64,000 bases of DNA from a virus, in the IMG/VR virus record IMGVR_UViG_3300033143_002031, positions 1 to 64,000 of that record; one strand, written 5' to 3'. The first letter of the stretch is position 1. Each line of letters opens with the position of its first letter. Positions 47,331 to 55,902 of this stretch are shown piece after piece. The notes under the pieces were generated by a model that had not been told where the DNA came from, searched no databases, and saw only the letters and a program-made list of their open reading frames with translations. The translations under genes and the position numbers were made by a program.

Positions 47331-47939
47331 ATGACAATCTTCCAAACGATCAAGAGCTACGACCCGTGCGAGCCTGACGAGCACGTGGTCATCGGACGGC
47401 CGGGTGTTGTGCGGATGGACCTCACGACCAGCCCGTCGCTGGTGAAGCGCTTCGGGAAGAAGATCAAAACGGCCGGAGGCACGTACTCCAAGTGCCGAGG
47501 CTACGCCGACTATCGCTACGTCTCGTTGCCGCTCAATGACGACACGCGGGACCTCATCAACACGCTCATTCGAGAGTACGGCAAGACGGGTGGCAAGGAC
47601 ACCACCATGGTGGCCCGTTCCACTGGCGTCTCGGGCGCTCAGGCGTGGATGGACGTCCACTACGTCCCGCACGGTGCCGATAGCCCGCTGCGCGTCTTCG
47701 AGGAGAAGTACTTCCAGGCGCTCCGGAACGCGATGGACCGAGGCATGTGCAACCTTCACGAGGGCGAGCCCCCGGTGGCCGACCCGCTCGTGTACGCCAA
47801 GCGCCGGCTGGAGAGGGCGCAGGTGAACGTGGCGAACGCGGAGACGGCGCTCCTCGAAGCCCAAGGTGACGAGCACGCGGCGCGGGAAGAGGTCGTGTGT
47901 TTGGAAGCGGACGAGAAATCTTCACGGAGGACATCATGA
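47331..47939 (+). CDS. hypothetical protein with C-terminal coiled coil
   Basis: SD AGGAGGAG. Confidence 0.65.
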   Translation: MTIFQTIKSYDPCEPDEHVVIGRPGVVRMDLTTSPSLVKRFGKKIKTAGGTYSKCRGYADYRYVSLPLNDDTRDLINTLIREYGKTGGKDTTMVARSTGVSGAQAWMDVHYVPHGADSPLRVFEEKYFQALRNAMDRGMCNLHEGEPPVADPLVYAKRRLERAQVNVANAETALLEAQGDEHAAREEVVCLEADEKSSRRTS

Positions 47940-48313
47940 TCAACGTACCGAACAGCGTTCCTCTCGCCCGTGTGGCGGACCTGCTCTGCTGTGCGTTCGA
48001 GGGCGGTGTGGGCTACTGGTGCGCCATCACCGGCTACACCAAGCCGGCCGAGCCCCGGAGCGTCTGGGGCGACGGCACCGTCTACAAGCACGTCGACTAT
48101 CCGTTGACGGGTGGGGCGGTCCTGTGCCAGGTCACAGACGAGGACGAGCCCGAGAAGCTGGTGCTCGACGGCGCCGCGATCGAGCGCGGCCTGAAGCTCA
48201 TGGCCGAGAAGTGGCCGCGTCACTGGGCGGACTTCATCGGCGAGAACGAGGACGCATCCACGGGCGACGTGTTCGTCCAGATGTGCCTGCTCGGAGAGGT
48301 CGTCTACGGGTGA
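47936..48313 (+). CDS. conserved-type small phage protein
   Basis: ATGA overlap; EGG..YW...DA..GD...Q.CLLGEVVYG ending recurrent in phage early genes. Confidence 0.65.
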   Translation: MINVPNSVPLARVADLLCCAFEGGVGYWCAITGYTKPAEPRSVWGDGTVYKHVDYPLTGGAVLCQVTDEDEPEKLVLDGAAIERGLKLMAEKWPRHWADFIGENEDASTGDVFVQMCLLGEVVYG

Positions 48314-48317
48314 CGGT

Positions 48318-48509
48318 GTGAGCCCCGACGCGAGGCTACTTCTGGAACTGAAGGAGCGCGGCCACATCGACGCCAGCGACGCCCTGGAGATCTGTGGGCG
48401 GTGCTGGCGTCGGGCCGACCGCGCGCTGCGGGAACTGACACGCGAGGGCGTGGTGAAGAAGGCGGACGGACGGCGCCGGCAGAGGTCGCGCTGGACATTC
48501 GTAGGTTGA
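48318..48509 (+). CDS. small winged-helix-like protein
   Basis: ALRELTREGVVKK. Confidence 0.5.
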   Translation: MSPDARLLLELKERGHIDASDALEICGRCWRRADRALRELTREGVVKKADGRRRQRSRWTFVG

Positions 48510-48611
48510 CAATCTTCTCGTTACCTGATACGGGTGATCGAGAAATGGGAGAGGCCGGAACGCAGCCTCTAGGATGACAGACCCCGCAGGTGCGGGGAAG
48601 GAGAACGGACG

Positions 48612-49550
48612 ATGGGCGGACAGGCATTCACAGGCGACGTCAAGCGGCTCAACGGGTTCATGTTCATGCCGGAGGATGTCGTGATCGTCGGCGGCGACGG
48701 CCCGAACGACGTGGACAAGAAAGACGAGGGAGGGGACTTCCACTTCCTCTACGACGAGCGCGTGGAGCTTCCCCTCTCCGAGGAGTTCGTGCTCAACGTG
48801 ATGAGCCTCGGCGTGAAGAAGAACATTATCATCACCAAGATCGGCGAGCAGGGCTATGTGATCGACGGCCGGCAGCGCGTCCGCGCGGCTCGCGAGGCGA
48901 ACAAGCGGCTGGCGAAGCTCGGGGAGCCCTTGCTCCGCGTCCCTGGCGTGCAGCAGAAGGGCGAAGAGCCCCTGCTCATGACCATCGGCGTCTCCACGAA
49001 CGAGTTCAACATGGAGGACACGCCGCTGGCCAAGGCGCGCAAGGCACAGCGACTCCGCGACCGTGGGCTCGACGACGAGGAGATTGCCACGGCCTTCGGC
49101 GTGACGACCAAAGCGATCGGCAACTGGGAGAAGCTGCTCGGGCTCGCTCCCCCTGTGAAGAAGGCGGTGGCGTCGGGCAAGGTCTCGGCCAGTGCGGCGG
49201 CCCAGCTTCACGACCTGCCGGCGGCCGAGCAGAAGGCACAACTGGACGACCTCGTGAGCAAGGGGAACGGGAAGGCCCCGACGATCAAGCAGGCCAAGGC
49301 GGCAGCGAAGAAGGCAAAGGGACAGGCGACGAACCAGGCCCCCTCGAAGAAGGTGCTCCGGTTCATCGTGGAGAAGCGGAAGGAGCACGAGGCGGCGCTC
49401 TCGGAGGACTTCATCGCGGGCATCGCGTTCGCGATCGGACTGCGGGACCCGAAGTCGGTCAACGGGCTCACGGCCGTCATGAAGGCAGCCAAGAACGCCC
49501 CGGCGAAGAAGAAGGGCACCAAGCCCGAGACCGACCAGCCCTCCGCCTAA
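48612..49550 (+). CDS. ParB/Srx-like nuclease-domain protein with HTH
   Basis: LYDERVELP..YVIDGRQRVRAA..DEEIATAFGVTTKAIGNW..VASGKVSASAA. Confidence 0.75.
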   Translation: MGGQAFTGDVKRLNGFMFMPEDVVIVGGDGPNDVDKKDEGGDFHFLYDERVELPLSEEFVLNVMSLGVKKNIIITKIGEQGYVIDGRQRVRAAREANKRLAKLGEPLLRVPGVQQKGEEPLLMTIGVSTNEFNMEDTPLAKARKAQRLRDRGLDDEEIATAFGVTTKAIGNWEKLLGLAPPVKKAVASGKVSASAAAQLHDLPAAEQKAQLDDLVSKGNGKAPTIKQAKAAAKKAKGQATNQAPSKKVLRFIVEKRKEHEAALSEDFIAGIAFAIGLRDPKSVNGLTAVMKAAKNAPAKKKGTKPETDQPSA

Positions 49551-49595
49551 GACCTCCTCCTCCCGACTTTCATCCACGAGCCCCCCGGATAGCCC

Positions 49596-50132
49596 ATGCA
49601 GATCAGAAACAAGGCTCAGATGTACGACATGCTGCGGGCAGGAAAACTCGGCAACACGCTGAGAACGTGGGACACGGAGACGGAGTACCGATCGTCGGGC
49701 TTCCGAGGGCGGACGAGTTTGCGCTGCCAGAAGCCTGGCGTGACGTTCCGCCACGGCATGACCTATGAGGAGGCGCTCTGCGAGGGGCGCGTGTGCTTCG
49801 AGGGGTGTCAGCCGGGCGACTTCATCTACTGCGAGGCGGCGCCTGATTGGGAGTGCACGTTCCAGGGTGAGGTGCAACGTGGGCTCTATGGGCTCGACCT
49901 CTTCTGGTCAACACGCAAGACGAACCATCGAATCGCTATGCGGAGCGCGAAGCAGGTCCACGGTGTGACGGCGATGGCGCTGCTCCGCCACTACCTGGAC
50001 CCGCAGGACTTGGACGACCTCATGTGCTTGATCGATCTGTATGAGGACCATGTAATCGAGTTTTCCGTGTTCCGTACCGCGCTCGGGAAGCTGAACCGGA
50101 CCATGTGTGTATGGGAGTGCAGGTATTATTGA
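49596..50132 (+). CDS. hypothetical protein
   Basis: ORF track. Confidence 0.6.
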   Translation: MQIRNKAQMYDMLRAGKLGNTLRTWDTETEYRSSGFRGRTSLRCQKPGVTFRHGMTYEEALCEGRVCFEGCQPGDFIYCEAAPDWECTFQGEVQRGLYGLDLFWSTRKTNHRIAMRSAKQVHGVTAMALLRHYLDPQDLDDLMCLIDLYEDHVIEFSVFRTALGKLNRTMCVWECRYY

Positions 50133-50144
50133 AGTTCTGGTCAC

Positions 50145-50510
50145 TTAGCCGGCAAACTCCACCGGCTTCCGCCGCCCGCCCCGCTCCATGAACCACCCTT
50201 TGGCCCGACCACCGAGCCTACGAACCAGGCGCCCCATAGCCTCCCGAGGATCGAGGTTCCCGCAGGTATACATGTCGGCGGAGTAGAACCCGTGCTCGGG
50301 ATAGGTGTGGATGGAGGCATGCGACTCGGCGAGCCCTATGAGCACCGTCACCCCTTGCGGCGCAAAGGAGTGGTACCAGGAGTGTAGCACCGTCGCGCCG
50401 GCCTCCTCGCAGGCGTCCTGAAGGGCTCGCAGAACCTCCTTCTTATCGTTCAAGAGTGACGGGTCTGCGCCCCACGCATCGACCACCACGTGGCGTCCTA
50501 TGATCGCCAT
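50145..50510 (-). CDS. speD: pyruvoyl-dependent S-adenosylmethionine decarboxylase proenzyme
   Basis: GRHVVVD..F.PQGVT..LAESHASIHTYPE..AD.YTCG, including the ESH self-cleavage site. Confidence 0.9.
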   Translation of the reverse strand: MAIIGRHVVVDAWGADPSLLNDKKEVLRALQDACEEAGATVLHSWYHSFAPQGVTVLIGLAESHASIHTYPEHGFYSADMYTCGNLDPREAMGRLVRRLGGRAKGWFMERGGRRKPVEFAG

Positions 50511-50595
50511 GGGCCGACTCTACCGGACGGTGAGTTTTCGGGCCAGTCCTCGGCCTTCGGCCTCGGATTCCGCGACCAATGGTCGCTGCCTGTTG

Positions 50596-50702
50596 CCTAC
50601 ACTTCCCTACAAATCGACACGGGTCCCGCCGTTTGCTCTTGACGCTGCCCCCGAAGCGCGATAGGCTGGTATTCAGATGGCGGATGACTTCCGCCAGGGA
50701 GG
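50596..50702 (+). promoter_or_regulatory. repeated promoter + 5' hairpin + SD module, copy 3, with upstream 25-bp box
   Basis: 25-bp box identical to 46857-81; TTGACG, 17 nt, TAGGCT; hairpin TGGCGGA-TGACT-TCCGCCA 50678-96. Confidence 0.8.
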
Positions 50703-50708
50703 TACCAG

Positions 50709-51206
50709 ATGGCAGCCACTTTCAACGCAATCGCCTTTACCGCCCTCGCGGCGTTCTTGAAGGGGCTCGGATTCATCCCTACCACGATCAAGACCAAGGA
50801 CGGCCACGAGGTTGTTTTCGAGCGCCGCCACCACGGCGACGACCAACTGATCGTGCTCGTCTACACGTCCTGCTCCCCCGAGGGTGGTGCGGTCCGAAAG
50901 AAGGGCAAGGACGCGATCCGCGTCTGCCTCGTGTGCGAGAGCGACCGTGTGGCCTCCGTCCAGAAGCACTACGGCAGCTACCAGCGGGACGGGCGCCTCG
51001 GCCTCGGCAGTGCGACGAGGGTGAACAGGGCGGGGACCACCGAGTCAATCTTCCAACGTATCCGCTCCCGGGCGCAGGGGATGTACAAGTTGGCGAACCA
51101 GTTGCACAGGGGCGAGCACTGCACCTGCGGCGCTCCTCGCTTCCCCGACACCGGGAAGTGCGTTCTGCGCGGCTACTGCCCCGACAAGAACGCGAAGGCG
51201 GCGTAA
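50709..51206 (+). CDS. hypothetical protein with C-terminal Cys cluster
   Basis: Directly behind the promoter module; HCTCGAP..KC..GYC. Confidence 0.65.
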   Translation: MAATFNAIAFTALAAFLKGLGFIPTTIKTKDGHEVVFERRHHGDDQLIVLVYTSCSPEGGAVRKKGKDAIRVCLVCESDRVASVQKHYGSYQRDGRLGLGSATRVNRAGTTESIFQRIRSRAQGMYKLANQLHRGEHCTCGAPRFPDTGKCVLRGYCPDKNAKAA

Positions 51207-51208
51207 CC

Positions 51209-51550
51209 GTGCCTGACTTCAACATCGAAACCTCGTGGACCTGTGCCACGAATCAATACTGGACGACCCGCGTGACGGGCTCTCAGGGCGACGTCTACAC
51301 CGTGTGGTGGGGACGCCTCCCCGAGGCCCGCGTCATGGAGACGGGTGCGCAGCACGGCTGGCAGTGCGAGTGCAAGGGCTACCAGTTCCGAGGCACCTGC
51401 AAGCACATCCGCGAGGTCGACGAGAGCGGTGAGCGCTGCGGTTGGAACGCCGCGCTCGAACCCTCGGCCGAGTGCGTGCACGACGCTGACGGCGAGCCCT
51501 GCTGCCCCGAGTGCGGCGGACCCGTCCGAGCGTACCGGGTGGCGGTATGA
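51209..51550 (+). CDS. SWIM zinc-finger protein
   Basis: CECKGYQFRGTCKHI fits CxC-xn-CxH. Confidence 0.7.
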   Translation: MPDFNIETSWTCATNQYWTTRVTGSQGDVYTVWWGRLPEARVMETGAQHGWQCECKGYQFRGTCKHIREVDESGERCGWNAALEPSAECVHDADGEPCCPECGGPVRAYRVAV

Positions 51551-51867
51551 CGCCCACAATCTTCCCAGAGTACGAGTCGGTCGAGGCGTTCGTGGAGGAC
51601 TGCTTCGATGACGAGCGCGACCACTTCACGACAGGTGACATGCAGGCGTTGAACGCGGCGACGCGCATGCGCCTCTCAGACGTCCGCAAGGCTCTGGAGG
51701 GGTACGGGCTCCTGTTCGTCCCTCGCAAGCCTCAGAAGCGTGTCAGGGGCTTCACAAGCAACCCTCATGATCGTTGGTACGGCAAAGGATCAGACAGGAC
51801 GTATGGAGGTTCCGGATGGGAGCAGATCTCAGGGTTCGCAGGTGACAAGAATCGAGGGGGCTGGTGA
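51547..51867 (+). CDS. hypothetical protein
   Basis: ATGA overlap. Confidence 0.6.
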   Translation: MTPTIFPEYESVEAFVEDCFDDERDHFTTGDMQALNAATRMRLSDVRKALEGYGLLFVPRKPQKRVRGFTSNPHDRWYGKGSDRTYGGSGWEQISGFAGDKNRGGW

Positions 51868-52238
51868 TGCGCGACCTCGACAAGATCTGTAAAGAGTGCC
51901 TTGAGTGCATCTGCAACCCCTGTGCACGGCGCGACTACGTGGAGGAGCAGCTAGAAGTAGAGGGCACGCTCGTCCTGGACGACCTGCGCCTTCAGGTGCT
52001 CCACACGTCCGCCCCGTGGGGCATGACGCGGCACCTTGTGGTCGAGCGCCACGACGGCAAGGGCGGCATCCCGTGGGAAGTCCTCCAGGCAGCCAAGGAC
52101 GAGGCTCTCGGGCCGGACGCCCTGGCCGTGGAGATTTACCCGGAGAGGGACGACGTGGTGAACGAGGTCAATCGGAGGCACCTCTGGGAAGTGCCTTCCA
52201 TGATGATCGAGGGGCTGACGCTCCGGAGGGGATCATGA
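51864..52238 (+). CDS. conserved-type phage protein
   Basis: PWEVLQAAKDEALG..AVEIYP..DVVNEVNRRHLW. Confidence 0.6.
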   Translation: MMRDLDKICKECLECICNPCARRDYVEEQLEVEGTLVLDDLRLQVLHTSAPWGMTRHLVVERHDGKGGIPWEVLQAAKDEALGPDALAVEIYPERDDVVNEVNRRHLWEVPSMMIEGLTLRRGS

Positions 52239-52462
52239 GCCTTGGGAACCCTGCTCTGGATCGGCTTTGGACGTGGGCTGTTGAAGGTTCGGGAACGGCG
52301 TGTTGTGGCGAGAGCGCGTCCTGCTACGACGCCTTCGCGCAGCGTATCGAACGTGAGGCCGGGCTTGACCCGTGGGACCCCGAGGTAGCTCGTAGGCGCA
52401 CGGGCGCGGTCAATGCAGCATGGTATGAGCAACAGGCGAAGTACGCGAAGGAGGAGTCATGA
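52235..52462 (+). CDS. small hypothetical protein
   Basis: ATGA overlaps at both ends. Confidence 0.55.
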   Translation: MSLGNPALDRLWTWAVEGSGTACCGESASCYDAFAQRIEREAGLDPWDPEVARRRTGAVNAAWYEQQAKYAKEES

Positions 52463-52722
52463 TCGGACAACGCGACCTGTTCTTCGGGTACTTGACGTGG
52501 GCCACCTGTTTCGTCGGCTTCTGCGGGCTCCACCGCCTGTACACCGGGCGGTACGTGACGGGGCTCCTGTGGTTCTGTACGGGCGGCTTGCTCTTCATCG
52601 GGCAGTTGATCGACCTCGGGTTCATCCCGTACTTCTGCGCCAATCCGCACATGAGCCAGCGCGAGACGCGGCTCCTCGCGGAGCAGCGGGGGGACGGGGC
52701 GGGAAATCTTCGCCAGGGGTGA
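52459..52722 (+). CDS. TM2/NINE-domain membrane protein
   Basis: YLTW..GFCGLHRLYTG..TGLLWFCTGGLLFIGQLIDL. Confidence 0.8.
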   Translation: MIGQRDLFFGYLTWATCFVGFCGLHRLYTGRYVTGLLWFCTGGLLFIGQLIDLGFIPYFCANPHMSQRETRLLAEQRGDGAGNLRQG

Positions 52723-52797
52723 CGTTTGCTATTGACACGGGCTCCGACCCGTGTTAGGGTGGTGCTCAGAGATCGGGGATGGATTCCCCGAAGGAGG
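52723..52797 (+). promoter_or_regulatory. repeated promoter + 5' hairpin + SD module, copy 4
   Basis: CGTTTGCTA-TTGACA, 17 nt, TAGGGT; hairpin TCGGGGA-TGGAT-TCCCCGA 52773-91. Confidence 0.8.
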
Positions 52798-52803
52798 ATC
52801 GAG

Positions 52804-53160
52804 ATGAAGTGGCCTTTCAAGTCCCTGAAGCAATCGAGCACGTGGCCGATGCAGCCGTTCGTCGTGCAGTTCGCGGCGGCCGTGCTCAGTGCGCCTCCGC
52901 AGTCGCGGAAGGAATTCGCCGGTAAGATGATCGAGAGGTGTGTCCGCATGGGCGCCCGCCTCGCCGTCGAGTTCGGCATGCCTGCCCCACTGTTCGTGGA
53001 GGTGGCCAAGGCGCAGATCATCCGCGAGGGCGGACCGTCCGCGCAGGCGGCCTTGGCGGAGGCGTTCGGCGAGGACGTGCTCGCTACCATCGACGGCGCC
53101 GACGAGGTGCTGGCGCAGGTGCACGAAATCTTCTCGGGTGACGAGGTGCCCGAGGCGTAA
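52804..53160 (+). CDS. hypothetical helical protein
   Basis: Directly behind the promoter module. Confidence 0.65.
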   Translation: MKWPFKSLKQSSTWPMQPFVVQFAAAVLSAPPQSRKEFAGKMIERCVRMGARLAVEFGMPAPLFVEVAKAQIIREGGPSAQAALAEAFGEDVLATIDGADEVLAQVHEIFSGDEVPEA

Positions 53161-53211
53161 CGCAGGGTGACAGTCTGAAATCGGCTTGCCTCCGACGGAA
53201 GACTTTACCAT

Positions 53212-53279
53212 TGCCCGGCCCGGGGGTTCTCCCCCCAGGCCCCCGGGTCCGGGCACTTTGATGCGGGACGACTCCCGCA
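53212..53279 (+). other. two strong intergenic hairpins
   Basis: TGCCCGG-CCCGGGGG..CCCCCGGG-T-CCGGGCA (53212-55) and TGCGGGA-CGAC-TCCCGCA (53262-79) just before the SD. Confidence 0.6.
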
Positions 53280-53294
53280 AGGAAGGAATGAACC

Positions 53295-53678
53295 ATGAAC
53301 GATCATCTGCTCATCACGAAGGCCGACAACCCGAGCGCGAGCCTACCCACGGGCGAGCCCGTCGCCAAGGCCCCTCAGACGGCCCCTGAGACCGTCTGCG
53401 ACCCCCGGGCCATTCTGGTCGCCGAGCGCGTCGAGAGCCCTCACGAGGTGCTTCTGGGCGATTTCGTGCAGGCTCAGGGCTGGAGTCGCCCCCGGCGCGT
53501 CGAGTTCATCGACTCGGCGGAGTCCGGCCCGGTTCTGTTCCTGGCGGACCCTGACGAGTCCCGGACGAACGAGCACGGCATCCGCCGTCTCGACGCGGAC
53601 GGCTGGGAGGGGCGCGGGGCGTGGAAGCGCTACCCGAACCTGCGCCGCGTGTGGGACGCTGCCCACGGTGGGTCCTGA
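53295..53678 (+). CDS. hypothetical protein
   Basis: SD AAGGAAGG. Confidence 0.6.
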   Translation: MNDHLLITKADNPSASLPTGEPVAKAPQTAPETVCDPRAILVAERVESPHEVLLGDFVQAQGWSRPRRVEFIDSAESGPVLFLADPDESRTNEHGIRRLDADGWEGRGAWKRYPNLRRVWDAAHGGS

Positions 53679-53716
53679 CGAGACCGCCCCCGAGGCCGAA
53701 GACCTGGAGATTGCTC

Positions 53717-53752
53717 TTGACCTTCAGACGTGCGATAGTACGTCTGAGGTCA
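53717..53752 (+). promoter_or_regulatory. promoter with overlapping inverted repeat (operator-like)
   Basis: TTGCTC-TTGACC; TGACCTTCAGACGT / ACGTCTGAGGTCA. Confidence 0.5.
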
Positions 53753-53757
53753 GGACA

Positions 53758-54000
53758 GTGGCTACACGACAACGGGAGTGGCAACAGCGCATGCAGGCGG
53801 AGGGCAGATGTATCATCTGCGGCGAGGAGTCCGTTGTGCCCTGCTACTGCGAGGCCCATCGGAACCAGCGTATGAAGAAGATCCGTGAGCGGCGGGGCGA
53901 GGAGTACCAGCCACAGCAGTGTTCGGCTTGCGGCGAAGAAGGCCATAACAGGCGAACTTGTCCCCACGCGGACAAATCCCAACTCGCAGAAGCAACCTGA
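53758..54000 (+). CDS. zinc-knuckle (CCHC) protein
   Basis: GTG start; CIIC..YCEAH and CSACGEEGHNRRTC. Confidence 0.65.
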   Translation: MATRQREWQQRMQAEGRCIICGEESVVPCYCEAHRNQRMKKIRERRGEEYQPQQCSACGEEGHNRRTCPHADKSQLAEAT

Positions 54001-54001
54001 G

Positions 54002-54036
54002 AGCGCGGCCCGGGGAAACGGACCGCGCTTTTCTTT
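54002..54036 (+). terminator. intrinsic terminator
   Basis: AGCGCGG..CCGCGCT stem followed by TTTCTTT. Confidence 0.7.
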
Positions 54037-54055
54037 GGTCTCCGAGGAAAACTCA

Positions 54056-54550
54056 ATGGGCGGCATGAGCCAGAACGACAAGAACGAGCTTCTGATCGAG
54101 ATGTTTGAAGCCCCTGTGATCGGGGCAGACTACGGGCACTACTACGACCCTCCCGAGGGGTTCGTCAAGCCCACGAGCTACCCAGGGCTCGGAGGCGGTA
54201 AGTCCATGGCGGCCATGAATGTGGGCTACGTGGACCTCGGCCTCGTCAACCCTTACGGAGAAGGGCCGAAGGACAAGAAGCTGCGCTCCACGATCCTCCG
54301 GTACGTCGTCAAACTCCTGATCGCCTCAAAGGGTAAGTCAGTCTTCATACGCGATCCGGAGTGGGCCCTGAAGGAGGTCTACCCGGGTCAAAAGGTCAAG
54401 ACCGTCCTGAAGGAGAAGGTCGAAGAAGCGCTCGAAGCCATGTTCGGCGTGGACATGCTCGTTGTCGTCAGCGGCTTCAAGGGCAAGACCGGCTTCGGCT
54501 GGCGGTTCAAGTGCACGGACCTTGCGAAGCATCCAAAGGTGGTAGCGTGA
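54056..54550 (+). CDS. hypothetical protein
   Basis: SD GAGGA, ATG 54056. Confidence 0.6.
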   Translation: MGGMSQNDKNELLIEMFEAPVIGADYGHYYDPPEGFVKPTSYPGLGGGKSMAAMNVGYVDLGLVNPYGEGPKDKKLRSTILRYVVKLLIASKGKSVFIRDPEWALKEVYPGQKVKTVLKEKVEEALEAMFGVDMLVVVSGFKGKTGFGWRFKCTDLAKHPKVVA

Positions 54551-54843
54551 GTTGGATTCGAGACGTGCTCGACTGGGACGAGTCGCAGGACCCCGCGCAG
54601 GCGCCTGCGAAGACCCTGACGGCCCCCTGGCACGCTCTAGGGGCTCGGGACCGTCAGTTGCTCGACGCGCTTGCAGACGGCACCTGGACGAAAGAGAGTG
54701 CGCTTCGGGGAGTACTTCGATGGAGTCGAGCCCGCTTCTTCCTGACGACGCTCCGGATGGTAGCGGTCGGGTGGATCAAGGCCCGGCCGGCAAACTCCTT
54801 CCTCACGAGCGAATACCAACTGAGCCCAGAGGTGTGGAAATGA
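54547..54843 (+). CDS. winged-helix-like hypothetical protein
   Basis: GTGA overlap; FFLTTLRMVAVGWI. Confidence 0.55.
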   Translation: MSWIRDVLDWDESQDPAQAPAKTLTAPWHALGARDRQLLDALADGTWTKESALRGVLRWSRARFFLTTLRMVAVGWIKARPANSFLTSEYQLSPEVWK

Positions 54844-55049
54844 TGGACATGGCGAATACCTCTGGTGGCAAACGGTGTGCGCACGACTGGCGCATCGTAG
54901 ACACCCGTGTCGATCAGATGTACGGCCTGGACAAGAATCCAGTCTTCGACGTGAGGTGCCGCAAGTGTGGGGCCACGCAGCAGGTAAAGGGGCAGGCTGC
55001 CCTGAAGGCGCTGTCCAACCGGGCTCCCTTCGCTACCAGCCTCGGCTGA
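54840..55049 (+). CDS. small zinc-ribbon-like protein
   Basis: CAHDW..VRCRKCG. Confidence 0.55.
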   Translation: MMDMANTSGGKRCAHDWRIVDTRVDQMYGLDKNPVFDVRCRKCGATQQVKGQAALKALSNRAPFATSLG

Positions 55050-55059
55050 GAGTTTGCCA

Positions 55060-55088
55060 TTGACATCTGTATAGCGCTCTGCTATACA
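55060..55088 (+). promoter_or_regulatory. leaderless sigma70-like promoter with palindromic operator
   Basis: TTGACA, 17 nt, TATACA; inverted repeat TGTATAGC/GCTATACA; ATG 7 nt downstream. Confidence 0.65.
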
Positions 55089-55095
55089 CACCTCC

Positions 55096-55281
55096 ATGGC
55101 CAAGAAGTTCGATCGTCCTCTGCTCGTCCGTGTGGATGCTGCGCTCTTGAAGCGGCTGGATGCGCTTCTGGCCCAGCGTCAACGCGCTACCCCTCATAGC
55201 GTCATGAGCCGGTCGAGCCTGGTCCGAATGATCCTCTGGGAGGCCATCGAGCGGGAACTGGAAAGGGACGAGAGCCCATGA
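55096..55281 (+). CDS. ribbon-helix-helix (CopG-like) regulator
   Basis: LLVRVDAALLKRLDAL..MSRSSLVRMILWEAI. Confidence 0.7.
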   Translation: MAKKFDRPLLVRVDAALLKRLDALLAQRQRATPHSVMSRSSLVRMILWEAIERELERDESP

Positions 55282-55898
55282 CAATCCAGACGAAAGCAGA
55301 GGCGATCGAAATCCTCGAACGCTACTACGCGCACATCATTGCGCTGGGGCGATACGAGGCTACGCAGATCGCGCTAGCCGAGGGTACGATTCACAGTCGG
55401 CGTCTTCGAGCCCGACTGAAAGAGATCGACCGGCTGCCCATCGGGGACGAGCGGTGGATGGGCGCAATCTTCTCGGCCAAGGTGTTCGAGTACACCGGGC
55501 GCATGCTGGAGGTGGAGGAAGCCTCGCCGCGAACTCGTGGTGGAGGTGGGGGTGGTAGGCCCATCCGCATCTGGCGCCTGCGCGCCGGGGAGCCTTTGCC
55601 GCAACGGCCGGCAACGTGGCAGGGACAGCGCCCTCTCGGCTTCCCGGACAAGATCGACCCCGTCACCTTGAAGCTGGCCCTCGATGAGCTACGAGAAATC
55701 TTCGATCTGGCCCAACTAGTGCGTGAGCACGTCGATGCGAAGAGGAGGCAACTGATCCTTGGTCAGGAGGGGCCGACCGAGGCTGACATCGCTGCGCTGG
55801 AGAAGAAGGTCGAGAACCGGGCCACCTACACGGGTAATCACGTGATGGAACTCACGCAGGTCGGGCTCTGGCTCGCGTGGAAGACGCGGCGGGGGTGA
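55278..55898 (+). CDS. hypothetical protein
   Basis: ATGA overlap. Confidence 0.6.
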   Translation: MTIQTKAEAIEILERYYAHIIALGRYEATQIALAEGTIHSRRLRARLKEIDRLPIGDERWMGAIFSAKVFEYTGRMLEVEEASPRTRGGGGGGRPIRIWRLRAGEPLPQRPATWQGQRPLGFPDKIDPVTLKLALDELREIFDLAQLVREHVDAKRRQLILGQEGPTEADIAALEKKVENRATYTGNHVMELTQVGLWLAWKTRRG

Positions 55899-55902
55899 TG
55901 CT

